From positions 17,641 through 49,437 of the forward strand of contig JBJCIZ010001226.1 of assembly GCA_051294375.1 (NCBI GenBank): a stretch of 31,797 bases of DNA, written 5' to 3'. Shown here in pieces: positions 10,901 through 19,389 of the stretch. The stretch is from Paraspadella gotoi (Eukaryota > Animalia > Chaetognatha). The translations under genes were made by a program, and so were the position numbers. Numbering within the stretch: the stretch's first letter is position 1; the number at the start of each line of letters is the position of its first letter. Below the pieces are notes generated by a model. That model saw nothing but the letters and a program-made list of their open reading frames with translations, searched no databases and was not told the origin of the DNA.

Positions 10901-12576
10901 AACTTTCTTTTGGAATAAAAATTGTTGTTGATGGAAAAGAAGTAAATTATAATTTAATGAGCGGTCTTTGTTTTGCTGGTAATGACAACATGGGACATTT
11001 TTATACATTTTCTCCTATTTTAAATAAAAATCAAATTATAGTTTTTGATAATGACAATTATTTTATTCTTAAAACTGGATCTGCTGGTTTTAAAAAGGTT
11101 TCTCGTGAAATTATGTATTTAAATTATGCCAGAGCAAATGATTTGAATCAGTCGTTAATTAATAAACTAAAGTTTAAGCTGCCTCTTTTCGATATTGTGA
11201 AACGCTCCCTTTCAGAGACAGTAAGTTCAGAAAATGAATTTTTAAATAAACATTTTGGCATGTATGTCTGCAATCAGTCAATCTTGTCCAAGCAATACAA
11301 AAGTTTCATGGTTCAATTAGATGCAATTGATCGTTTATATCATCAGTCTCTTCAAGTGTGGTTTGAAGTTAAGTTTTTTTGTGTTTTTTGTTTAAAAACT
11401 TTTATTATCGGTGAAACTATTTCTCCACTTGAAATTATTCAACAATCTTTACAAAGTTGGAAAAACCAATTAAAACAAATTGGTCTTTACGGAATAACAC
11501 AACAAGGCTGCAAACATGCTATTGAAGAAGAAGATTTACAACTTCAAATTACACATTTACCCGAATATATAGTAGTGTTCAATAATTTTTTTGAAGTAAA
11601 TCGTGTTGTAACTCTTTTGAATCAATACTTGTCCAGTCTTAAAGAAATAAACCCAAACTTCAAGGACTCGAGTTATTTCATAGAAAATATTTTTATTAGT
11701 TCAAAAAATGATTTTTTCACACCTAAAAGTAATGAATTTGTAAGCGAGAACACTAGAGAAAAACTTTCAAAATCGGCCATTAGTAGTCTTAGCTCTGTAG
11801 ACAATATTTATTTTATTAAGTTAAGTCTTCCAAAGATGACTGAAATAACTGGTCTTAAACTTGCAGACAGTGAAGCATTGTTGAGCTTCAAAGCATTTGA
11901 TTTTTGGGATTCTTATAAAAGTATTGAAGAGCTGCCTTTAAATAAACTATGTATTAGCCAAACAGTTTTTATTGGGAATCTTATTCTGAGCGAAAATGAA
12001 CAAAAAGAAATTTTAGACTTGAACATTCCTCTGACAACAAAGGTGATTGATTGTTTCTTTCACAGCGTTTCAAAAGTTTTTTTTTTAGAGTTTTCGTATA
12101 TTGGGGCTTCTTCCCATAGTTTCTTGGAAAAATATTCTATACCGTCAATTGTTAATACTTTACTTAACGACTGTCATGACTTTGAACGCGTACTTTTACA
12201 TGAATCAACACAAGATATACTTATTGGAGTTGTAGAGGAAGAAAATACCAAAAGTTTGTTTTCTTACCTTTTTCACTGGGAAAAAAATGTTTTGCTTACA
12301 TATGATCCAATTTCTCCTATTCAACAATCGAAACTTAGTAAGATAGTTGATCAGATTAGGGTTTTATCTTGGCGTAAATCTAAAACCAATGAATATATTG
12401 AACATTTTGATTTAGCTTCGGCTAATCTTGTTCAAAACAAACCGAATCAAATTTTCTCAAGTACTTATATTTGTTTAGTTCCTTTCTTTTTGTTTTTAAA
12501 CAAAAATTTTAGTATGTCTGAAGAAGTAAATCGACAGTTTATTTTGCAGACAATTTTAAATGCAAATAAAAATTAA
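7936..12576 (+). CDS. Mutator (NOF/Rehavkus-like) DDE transposase fused to a USP (C19) protease, a degenerate USP-like segment and an inactive Ulp1-like domain
   Basis: Uninterrupted 1546 codons. MULE motifs: VDGT (D369), VVCDKSFA (D441), CARH (486-489), RTNNVSE (E677). Partial PHD-like CxxC..CxxC..FH and a CxxxxC Zn motif at the N-terminus. USP boxes NKVNAC (C792), GHFYT (H1021), FDND (D1038). Ulp1-like LTTKVIDCFF..YDPI..Q at the C-terminus. The true start may lie in an upstream exon (acceptor tttcag ending at 7951). Confidence 0.88.
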   Translation: MVLISEASMNDTEVTKDCCICQKANNESISCEFCNYNFFHPVNEYQSNGSDEEFQITDFNIESLLDNHILSYILIEHNYSKNIPSLIGKRIHKISNYHKDKHSIEKTNVTSCSFEDIVDTIINDTELSSSKKIERFPQKSLCIDPSIFNEIKLNAIPNKNFQFVVCQSVYQHHFRKLLEEVNNRCIFHSKSCVFLKKSNTLKAIFYCAARGCELKSEVIVNNQGKASLEFYLNKKYDIRNSNSHILVSHKPDVPKCNYVRQNERKTLFKELENKTPNQVYVSMKSKLTSEHVVAGKTSYSKRVCKELVFESRKHMYPDENCLSSLIKLANKMDYIQSINILPNIEVVCFLKSFLKLGAQMSYHYTIGVDGTTDFVFDFLGKRLELYSFTIKNPIVGNAPICIAAGFLSCQNREEITSLFQKIKNAIIDHIPNFCPPQVVCDKSFAIIRSLLVVFNNEDLTAYISRLYRVAYGLECNSCNKTLVLLCARHHFQSIKRELFKIKANEECKRFYTIVASLLVSCLNYSHFKFVLHQMIIIGTSKKDNIYVKRAKLEIKNSLKSIKDKNFELDNDNHFEKENLQAESDFVSFVHNNKNPLKESEFYKDFLELKCKIQDSDHEDSFNNLYCPKFIEYYGLFWASFPVYGNIFRGKFRKPEQVDQLDRLRHTSVLDRTNNVSELRNKLYKDLLQKKVRLDVAIIKLEEYDRSLFIELSENLLFENISCSKKRKHFTGINAPEICRKRKMNKDSSLMLEDVDVANVVDVYTSHNDSELIQPGMIWPAFMFTYQNKVNACSTMATINFFSNSYSINDMLFQFRILKKPYPSDFFKNLDEMLLSVYFNYSQNNLSVRTNEEVSKLHQSFISHHALDHISERQFTIDSLFQLLNSSSLSIKDIYKCGHCDFESEFVTNPPFLTIAANPILSMSECINIQSKSEPVSDFTCSQCDYLGIAQLDQLFIDSPVNLIIRVGRDRDQRVEQSITFLGPVEIEIQLSFGIKIVVDGKEVNYNLMSGLCFAGNDNMGHFYTFSPILNKNQIIVFDNDNYFILKTGSAGFKKVSREIMYLNYARANDLNQSLINKLKFKLPLFDIVKRSLSETVSSENEFLNKHFGMYVCNQSILSKQYKSFMVQLDAIDRLYHQSLQVWFEVKFFCVFCLKTFIIGETISPLEIIQQSLQSWKNQLKQIGLYGITQQGCKHAIEEEDLQLQITHLPEYIVVFNNFFEVNRVVTLLNQYLSSLKEINPNFKDSSYFIENIFISSKNDFFTPKSNEFVSENTREKLSKSAISSLSSVDNIYFIKLSLPKMTEITGLKLADSEALLSFKAFDFWDSYKSIEELPLNKLCISQTVFIGNLILSENEQKEILDLNIPLTTKVIDCFFHSVSKVFFLEFSYIGASSHSFLEKYSIPSIVNTLLNDCHDFERVLLHESTQDILIGVVEEENTKSLFSYLFHWEKNVLLTYDPISPIQQSKLSKIVDQIRVLSWRKSKTNEYIEHFDLASANLVQNKPNQIFSSTYICLVPFFLFLNKNFSMSEEVNRQFILQTILNANKN

Positions 12577-13206
12577 TTTTTTTTGGTTATTTTGTGTAAT
12601 TATCGTGCGTTTATTTTTTAAACATAATAATTGGTCATAAGTTAAAAAACTGCAATATACTTGTGAAGGATATAAAATATCCAAAGAATTTTGTTTTCTC
12701 TTTGTCCCTTTGACGGTCTGGACAAAATGTGTATCTTTGTTGCGTGATGTAGGGCAGTGGGACTCTTGAGTTATCTTTCATATCAAAATATACTCAATAG
12801 ACCTGCTTGCGATGTCGCTCACGCTTTTTTTTTTTCAAATGCGACAACGGGCCTTGAAAGGAACCCCTCGGGTGGCCCGGAATACCTTTCATGCTCATTT
12901 GATTTGCAACTTTAAATTAGCGTTTGGATCAATTGCGTCTCCAGAATGCTGGGGCGGTGGATGAAAAAGGCGGCAAGGACACCTTAGACTTTTGCCTGAA
13001 GAATTCAAAGAATTCATGCAGACTTTTACATCAATTTAGTAAATTTTTCAGTATTTGTCACCTGTTGGTTTTTTTTTTCCTCTTTTTATGCTCTTCAGAT
13101 ATAAAAATGCCCATAATAGATACTCAAGACCTGTGCAAAAACAGACTTTCGTCTGTTCACATATTGTAAGTCTTATGACTATACTGGGCCATACTTGTTA
13201 ACTCAA

Positions 13207-14439
13207 GCAAGACGTGGTCCTTTAAGCAAGAATAGACGCGGCCAAGTCGGCGGCAGCTCCCCTTCCGAGGACTCTAGACTGCGCCACCTCTTCCGGCGCT
13301 GGGGCGAGAGATCCAGCCGCCAGTGGGGAAGGCGACGTCGGGGATGGAATCGTCTGGAATAAAGTATTGTCTCCCTCAATGAAATCAATTACTGCAACAA
13401 TCAATATGTGTTCAAGTGAGACCTTTTTTCTTTCTGCGTCTTTCGACACCAAATATTCATGACCATTTTCCATCAAAGGATGCAAGTGGACAACCTGTTG
13501 CCCAACACCCGTTACAACTACCGATTCATCACCTTCGTCCAAAGGCCGCGGCGACTTCTCTGTGACCTACAGCCTGATAACCAAGCCGCGGCCGCCTTCA
13601 AAGTCACTCAATGCCGCCGTTAAGAAAATTCTCATCAACGAAAAACCTGCCATCATCGTGAGCGTCTTATTGCAGTTTAATCAAAAAATTCATGGATCTC
13701 ATCATCTTTTCCCCTCATCCTCATAGAATAACAGTGGCGACGTGATGGACTACTTTGTTGACACTCCATATGTTGTAGACGGCGTCGGGGCGCGACCGTG
13801 AAAGTTACGTCTCTCGCGACGCCATCAAAAAAAGAGCCAAACCCGAAACTACAATTACAACGCATCCTCGGGACATCCTCTTTCTCAATTGGACCGTGCC
13901 GGCCAAATTCATGGTTAGTTTTTTCTTCAATAACCTGACCTTTTCCGAAACGAAATAATCATCTCTCGCGTTTAAAATTAAATTAGTACATATTTACGAT
14001 TCTTCGATCTTCCATCTTTCAGACATTGGTCGCTGTGGCGGTGGAGAGCAACAATCATCAGGGTCCGAGCTGCGGAAGGACGAACCCGACGTCAGCAAGA
14101 TCGTCGCCGTCATCGTCTTCACCGTCATCCTTACCATCGCCATCATCTCCGTCGCCTTTACCAGGATGCCGACTTGCTTCGGATTGTTAAACAGGTTAAG
14201 TTAGAGAAAATTGAATTAATAAAAATTATGAGAATCAAAATTGATGTTAATTTAATTAATAATTCTAGGAAATACCACGGCACGGAATACTTCGACGCTT
14301 CCGTCGTCCAAACCCCTTCCATCGAGATCATGTCAACGATCGATTCCAACATCTAACAAGAGACCCCGTCGCCGACTTTGCCGCCTACGTGCACCGCGGC
14401 AGTGTCAACGACAATCTGGGATTCGCCGAAGATTTTTAG
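13207..14439 (+). pseudogene. Receptor-type protein tyrosine phosphatase fragment (FN3 repeats, TM helix, wedge), intron-retaining and heavily deleted
   Basis: FN3 motifs VDNLLPNTRYNYRF (from about 13486), LFLNWTVP and VAVESNNHQGPS; TM IVAVIVFTVILTIAIISVAF (14100-14159); wedge-like PVADFAAYVHRGSVNDNLGFAEDF* ending at 14439. Short GT..AG introns, frameshifts and stops. Confidence 0.8.
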
Positions 14440-14499
14440 GTGTTCAATTTAATGAATTCAGTTCATAATTTTAAATTTATTTACTCGATGCAATTTATC

Positions 14500-14700
14500 T
14501 AAATTTTTTCATTTATTTCAATTAAATAAATTTAAATTAGATTCATTCATTTAATTAATTTCATTTATTCAATTAATTTCATTTAATTGATTTATTCAAT
14601 TAATTTCATTTAATTGATTTTATTCAATTAATTTCATTTAATTCATGTCATTAAATTCATTTCATTTAATTCATTTTATTCAATTCATTTCATTTTGTTT
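14500..14700. repeat. AT-rich minisatellite of about 27 bp (taatttcatttaattgatttattcaat)
   Basis: Directly visible tandem units. Confidence 0.85.
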
Positions 14701-15349
14701 ATTGACTAATTGCATTTTTTAAACGATTCCCTATCATCACACATCATTACATTACATAATATCCGAGATCACTATACTTTTAAGATTTTTTTATTTTGAA
14801 GTTTTATGAAAGTTAACATTTTATTAAAATTAGTCTTTAGTTTTATATTTTTTTGTAGACATAGTGAAAAGACTTTTGTTTCATTACGTTTTAAAAATGA
14901 GAGAGAAAAAGTTTATTTCTGTTTACAAACAACGAGTTTTATTTTGAAACGGATATATTTCGACTCTTTTTCGAGTCTTCAGCGCAATGTGAATTTATAA
15001 AATTTAATTTTTATTTGATTTGTCTTCGTTATTTTAGTTTTTTATTTACTATTGTTATAAATTGCCTAAACGTATTGCTTTCTCCAAACATTGTTCACTA
15101 TTTATTCTCAAATGACCTTAGTTCGTTTCTCTTTACTCTCAGACTCTCCTGTCCTTACCTTCAGCTGTCCTCACCCTCAACACTATCTTTCTCAATTTGT
15201 TTCAAAATAAAACTTGTTTCTAAGGAAAAATAAACTTTGTTTTCTCTCTCAATTATATTTTTTTTATATTTTACCATTTTTATGCAGAATTTATGCAGAA
15301 TAATTAAGGATAAGCAGCTCGACCCTCATTACCAAAAATTTATTCTTAG

Positions 15350-15777
15350 GAAAAACTAAATTGCCCTACGGCCACGTGCGTGAATGAAGTCAATACACTG
15401 CCTGTCTCATCTTTGGGCCAATTAATCGACTCAAACGAAGGGGGCTCCTCCCCACCGCTGAAGTTAGTGGTTAGTGTTTTATGGTAATTGTGATAACTAT
15501 CACAACTTAATGTTGGTTCAAGATAGATGAATCGTTTAAAATATTTTTTTATCAAGTGTTTTTTCTTCTTTCAGGTTTTCAAAGAGTGGAGATCACACTT
15601 TGAGATTGCGTCAACCTCAAGTTAAAAGATACGCAAGCTGCCTGACAAGTATTACAATATTACAAAGATGAAGGATTCATTTTCCCTGGACCCCCCCCTA
15701 ATTATTTGACTGTTAATGCTAACAAATTCGTTTGCAGCACAAGCGCTGATAACCAGTGATATTCAAAGAGAATTCGG
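15350..15777 (+). pseudogene. Unidentified small exon-like fragments
   Basis: GC-richer blocks bounded by ttag/gttagt, tttcag and gcag/gtaa; no recognisable motif. Confidence 0.25.
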
Positions 15778-16853
15778 TAAAATTTTACAATTTAATCATT
15801 AAAAAAGTCAGTTTAGCATTTTTTTCTTTTTGGTTATGAAGTTCAAATTAGTTTGCTACAATCAGTAATTTTTTTAATGTTAGTTCAAATTCTTTTTTTC
15901 TTCTTTGCAATCATTATCTTGTTTCCTACCAATGTAATGTACTATTGTGTTTCTATTTGATTTGAAAGATAATTATAATTGTATATTTCCTTGGTGTTTT
16001 TGTGAGCTTCAAGGCCGAGTTTAAAATCGTAAAACATGATACTTAAAGCTCGACATAAATGTATAGTTAATTATTACTTATTGATTAGACCAGTAATACA
16101 CACATTTGATTTGGAACACTCGAGTTTAAAAAATCATCTCTGAAACCACTCGCCCAATTATGATTAAATTTATACACATTGATTCATTATTTTTTAATTT
16201 AAATTAAAATTATTCTTATGGAGTGTCTGGAGTTTCAAGTTATATTTAAAGTTATATTTTTTTCACATGTGTACCTTATTACATGTAGATTATACACGCA
16301 CTTGCTTAAATCAGCAGGGCGTCAACCCAAGTCCATTAAATTGCGAGAGGCGTGCGTTAGTGCGTAACGATAGGACGATGGTTTTTTTATCAGATGAAAA
16401 ATTTGTCTAAGTTTAAGTAGACCCTCTTAAAGAGAAGAAACGGACAAATAATTTTACGAGTGTGAATGATTATAAGCTAAATTCTGTTTTACCGTTTCTG
16501 ACAGTCAATAACTCATTTTTATGTCACCAATGTTCTCCTAAACTGTTTACCAAACTGAAACTCATTGTTTGTTACAATATCTGTACTGCTTATTAAACAA
16601 TCTTCGATGTGTTGTTTACTGGTTAGTGAAGGAAAAAACAGACCAAGACTGGCTAGATTTTTAGTTTTTCAAGTTCTCATAGTATAGAAAGTTCAAAGCG
16701 AGGGGTACGATATTGGATTAATTTTACTTTCGCCGACGGGGTTAATGGTTAAATTTTACCATTTTATTTATTAAATGAATGGATAATTTTTATATTGGTT
16801 ATGCCCAATTCAGAATAGTCGGTTTGTATTTCAATGCGAGTGCAGAGAATGAA

Positions 16854-17030
16854 GAGACAGTAATTATTGTTATGAGTTAGTGATAGAACCGTTCAATATA
16901 AGCAGTCCCTGAGCTTCGGATCAGGCTGTAACACCATGTTACAGGCGGGTTAAGCGCCCCGTCCCTCTAAACTGCCAGACGACCACCGGGCAAGAACCCC
17001 GGACCTTTGGGTTGGGAGGCGAATGACTTG
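16854..17030 (-). mobile_element. tRNA-derived SINE, 5'-degraded copy
   Basis: Reverse complement aligns with 28992-29129 plus 29221-29240. Confidence 0.8.
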
Positions 17031-17552
17031 ATGAACGCTGATGAACGGTTGGTGGGTTTTAGACCACCATAATATTATAGACATTACCCAATTCTATACA
17101 GGGTAGTGAATCAAAACTTGGAATAGTATTTACCATAAGATTTTATAGGCAAAAAGCATCAGATGAAAGAAAAATACCTATATTTTTGCTACTGGGCAAA
17201 AATTCATTGCTGTAGTTTATATTGTTCTGAGATTCCATTTCTTGACATGTATAAAGAGCCAATACTCTTGGGGTTATTATGCATGGCTGTAACAAAGGGC
17301 ATTGTATACAGTGCAGCAACATTTTAATTCTTGACTGAATGATTTTCTAAAACTGTGCTAAGTAAGGCGTTTTAAAGGGGGAGACCCATATGACTTTCAA
17401 TGGCGTAGGGTAAACCGTAAGCTGTGGCTCAATCTTTCAAAAGAGTTTAGGGAAAGCTGCTGTGATTCTTTTGGGTGCTGTGGCAGGAGTGGTTTTTGTA
17501 GCAGTGCTTGTCGCATTGCATTAATAGTTAAAACAAGTATCTTAAATGAAAT

Positions 17553-17692
17553 TTTTTGTCGGATCTGCTTATCACAGATAAGCCCCCTCAATCTTGTCGG
17601 GCATTCACTTATATCACGTCAGAACATAGAATTATGATAAATTATGCAAAAAAAAAAAATATGACTGTCCGTCCTACCTTAACAAAAAACTC
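17553..17692 (+). mobile_element. Partial HINE-like copy
   Basis: tttttgtcggatctgc...cttatatca...attatgataaatta.gcaaaaaaaaa..gtccgtcc is shared with 1419-1615. Confidence 0.65.
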
Positions 17693-17915
17693 GTGATTGG
17701 ATGGATGTCATTCGCATAAGAATAATTAGTCTCTTCAGTGGTAATTTTATACAATTGAAACATTCTTTATAATATTTGATTAATAAATTATTTGGGAAGC
17801 CAGATAGTTTCAAAGTGATTAAACTTGTGTGTTTTGTTTGAACGCTTGCTGGGTCTTATCTTGTAAGGATGTAGAGTTGGAGACCATTACAGAAGGCTTC
17901 GTATTATAAAATGTG

Positions 17916-18591
17916 GAACCCCTTTTTTGTGACCAGAATCTGTTCCCACCAAACTACCCGATCGAATTTAATGAAATTTTACATTTAGAGTGCTCATGAC
18001 TATATAAATGGAACTATCGAGGCGAATTTTGATGTTCAATCCCCTGACTAGAGATACAGGGCCCTGGGGGTGGACCCCTGGGGGGGCCAAAAAGTGCTAA
18101 AATTTTTTTTCATTTTTCAAATTTTTTTAGTAGCATCAAGTGCATTGATGTTTTAAACATAAGAAAAAAACATTTTAGAACTAAAATTGATAAATCTGCA
18201 ATAATTAAGCATGGTTAAAGATGCATGGTTCATCGTTTTACTTCCAATTTTCCCAAATTATTCCAAATCTGACTAACTGCTGATGTTCATGAAGCTAAAA
18301 ATTAAGGTAAATCAATATTTTTTAGGTAATAAATACGTTTTTGTGGAAGAGTAAACGTCTGTGCAACTGTTCAAAACAAAGATAATTAAAAAATTTGGAA
18401 AAAAATTTTTGACAATTTTTTGCCCCCATGGGTGACCCCCCGGGGGACCCATATCTCGGCTCAGCGGTCAAATATTAAAATTCGCCTCGATAGTTTTATT
18501 AGTATTCACATAGGGATCGTTCATTCCAAATTTCAATAAATTTGGTCCAGTAGTTTTCTCGGAACGAGTTCTGGTCACAAAAAAGGGGTAC
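17916..18591. mobile_element. MITE with long imperfect terminal inverted repeats
   Basis: ACCCCTTTTTTGTGACCAGAA at the left and TTCTGGTCACAAAAAAGGGGT at the right; inner inverted pairs aactatcgaggcgaatttt / aaaattcgcctcgatagtt and G-rich/C-rich blocks. Confidence 0.85.
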
Positions 18592-18641
18592 TATGGCAAC
18601 AGCCGGGTTGCCTGTGATGCCCATTGGGATGGGGCATCTCA

Positions 18642-18728
18642 CTGTTGGCTTTGGGGGCTTCCGACCCTCAGTGACGCCTCCAGTCACTGGCGCGGTTACC
18701 CTAGGACGGTCTCGCTTTGCCAATACAG
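18642..18728 (-). ncRNA. Type-P5 twister ribozyme candidate (copy 1); predicted cleavage U/A between 18698 and 18697
   Basis: CUGUAUUGGC(P5) AAA GCGA(P2') GA CCG(T1') UCCUAGGG(P1) UAA CCGC(P2) GC(T2) CAGUGAC..GUCACUG(P3) A GGG UCGGAAGC CCC(P4/L4) C AAA GCCAACAG(P5'). All twister elements are in permuted order; P2 has one C-A mismatch. Confidence 0.75.
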
Positions 18729-19088
18729 AGGGAAGTCGTTAGGACTGTGGATGGAACACTACGCCTGGGATGGTGTGTTCCCCCTCTGAGCCAATGTATT
18801 TGGCTGAAGGATGGTGGACGTGAGGCGGTGTGAATATACCGCCACAGGATCCCCGGGTCAAGACATCACTCAGGTTCCTCAAGCCTGAGAGGTGTCTGAC
18901 AAGACTGTTACCATAGTGGGAGAGAGAGAGCGCGAGTTGTGGGAGCAGAGGCGTTTGTCGTAGCGTACCCCAGGGGCATAGGCGTTTGTCGTAGCATACC
19001 CTGAGAAGGTTGCATGTTCGATAGTAGGGCTCACCACTTATGGCAACAGCCGGGTTGCCTGTGATGCCCATTGGGATGGGGCATCTCA

Positions 19089-19175
19089 CTGTTGGCTTTG
19101 GGGGCTTCCAACCCTCAGTGACGCCTCCAGTCACTGGCGCGGTTACCCTCGGACGGTCTCGCTTTGCCAATGCAG
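19089..19175 (-). ncRNA. Type-P5 twister ribozyme candidate (copy 2); predicted cleavage between 19145 and 19144
   Basis: Same fold; L4 reads UUGGAAGC, which keeps T1 pairing with CCG through a U-G wobble; P1 region is UCCGAGGG. Confidence 0.72.
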
Positions 19176-19389
19176 AGGGAAGTCGTTAGGACTGTGGATG
19201 GAACACTACGCCTGGGATGGTGTGTTCCCCCTCTGAGCCAATGTATTTGGCTGAAGGATTATAATATGAAGCCTTCCATATAGCCTGTCTAATGTGTAGA
19301 CCCTCTTAAACCCATAATCATGGATGTTCAATAAAACTACATGGCAACTGTAGCTTACAGTGTAGGCAGATTTATGTAATTGATAATTG

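Larger units (their letters stand above)
18593..19258 (-). mobile_element. 447-bp structured tandem repeat 'Z' (about 1.5 units), candidate twister retrozyme
   Basis: 18593-18811 and 19040-19258 are near-identical (period 447); many hairpins; each unit contains a twister-like motif. Confidence 0.85.

Noticed and set aside
14500-14700. CRISPR-like periodicity in minisatellites
   Set aside because: No unique spacers, no cas genes, eukaryotic context.
18860-18912. HDV-like ribozyme around ctcaggttcctcaagcctgag
   Set aside because: Only a simple hairpin; could not assign P1, P1.1, P2 or the J4/2 catalytic C.
18499-19170. Duplicated ORFs MAKRDRPRVTAP...
   Set aside because: Non-ATG starts, GC-rich structured repeat, and frame not preserved in the second array; better explained as non-coding RNA.
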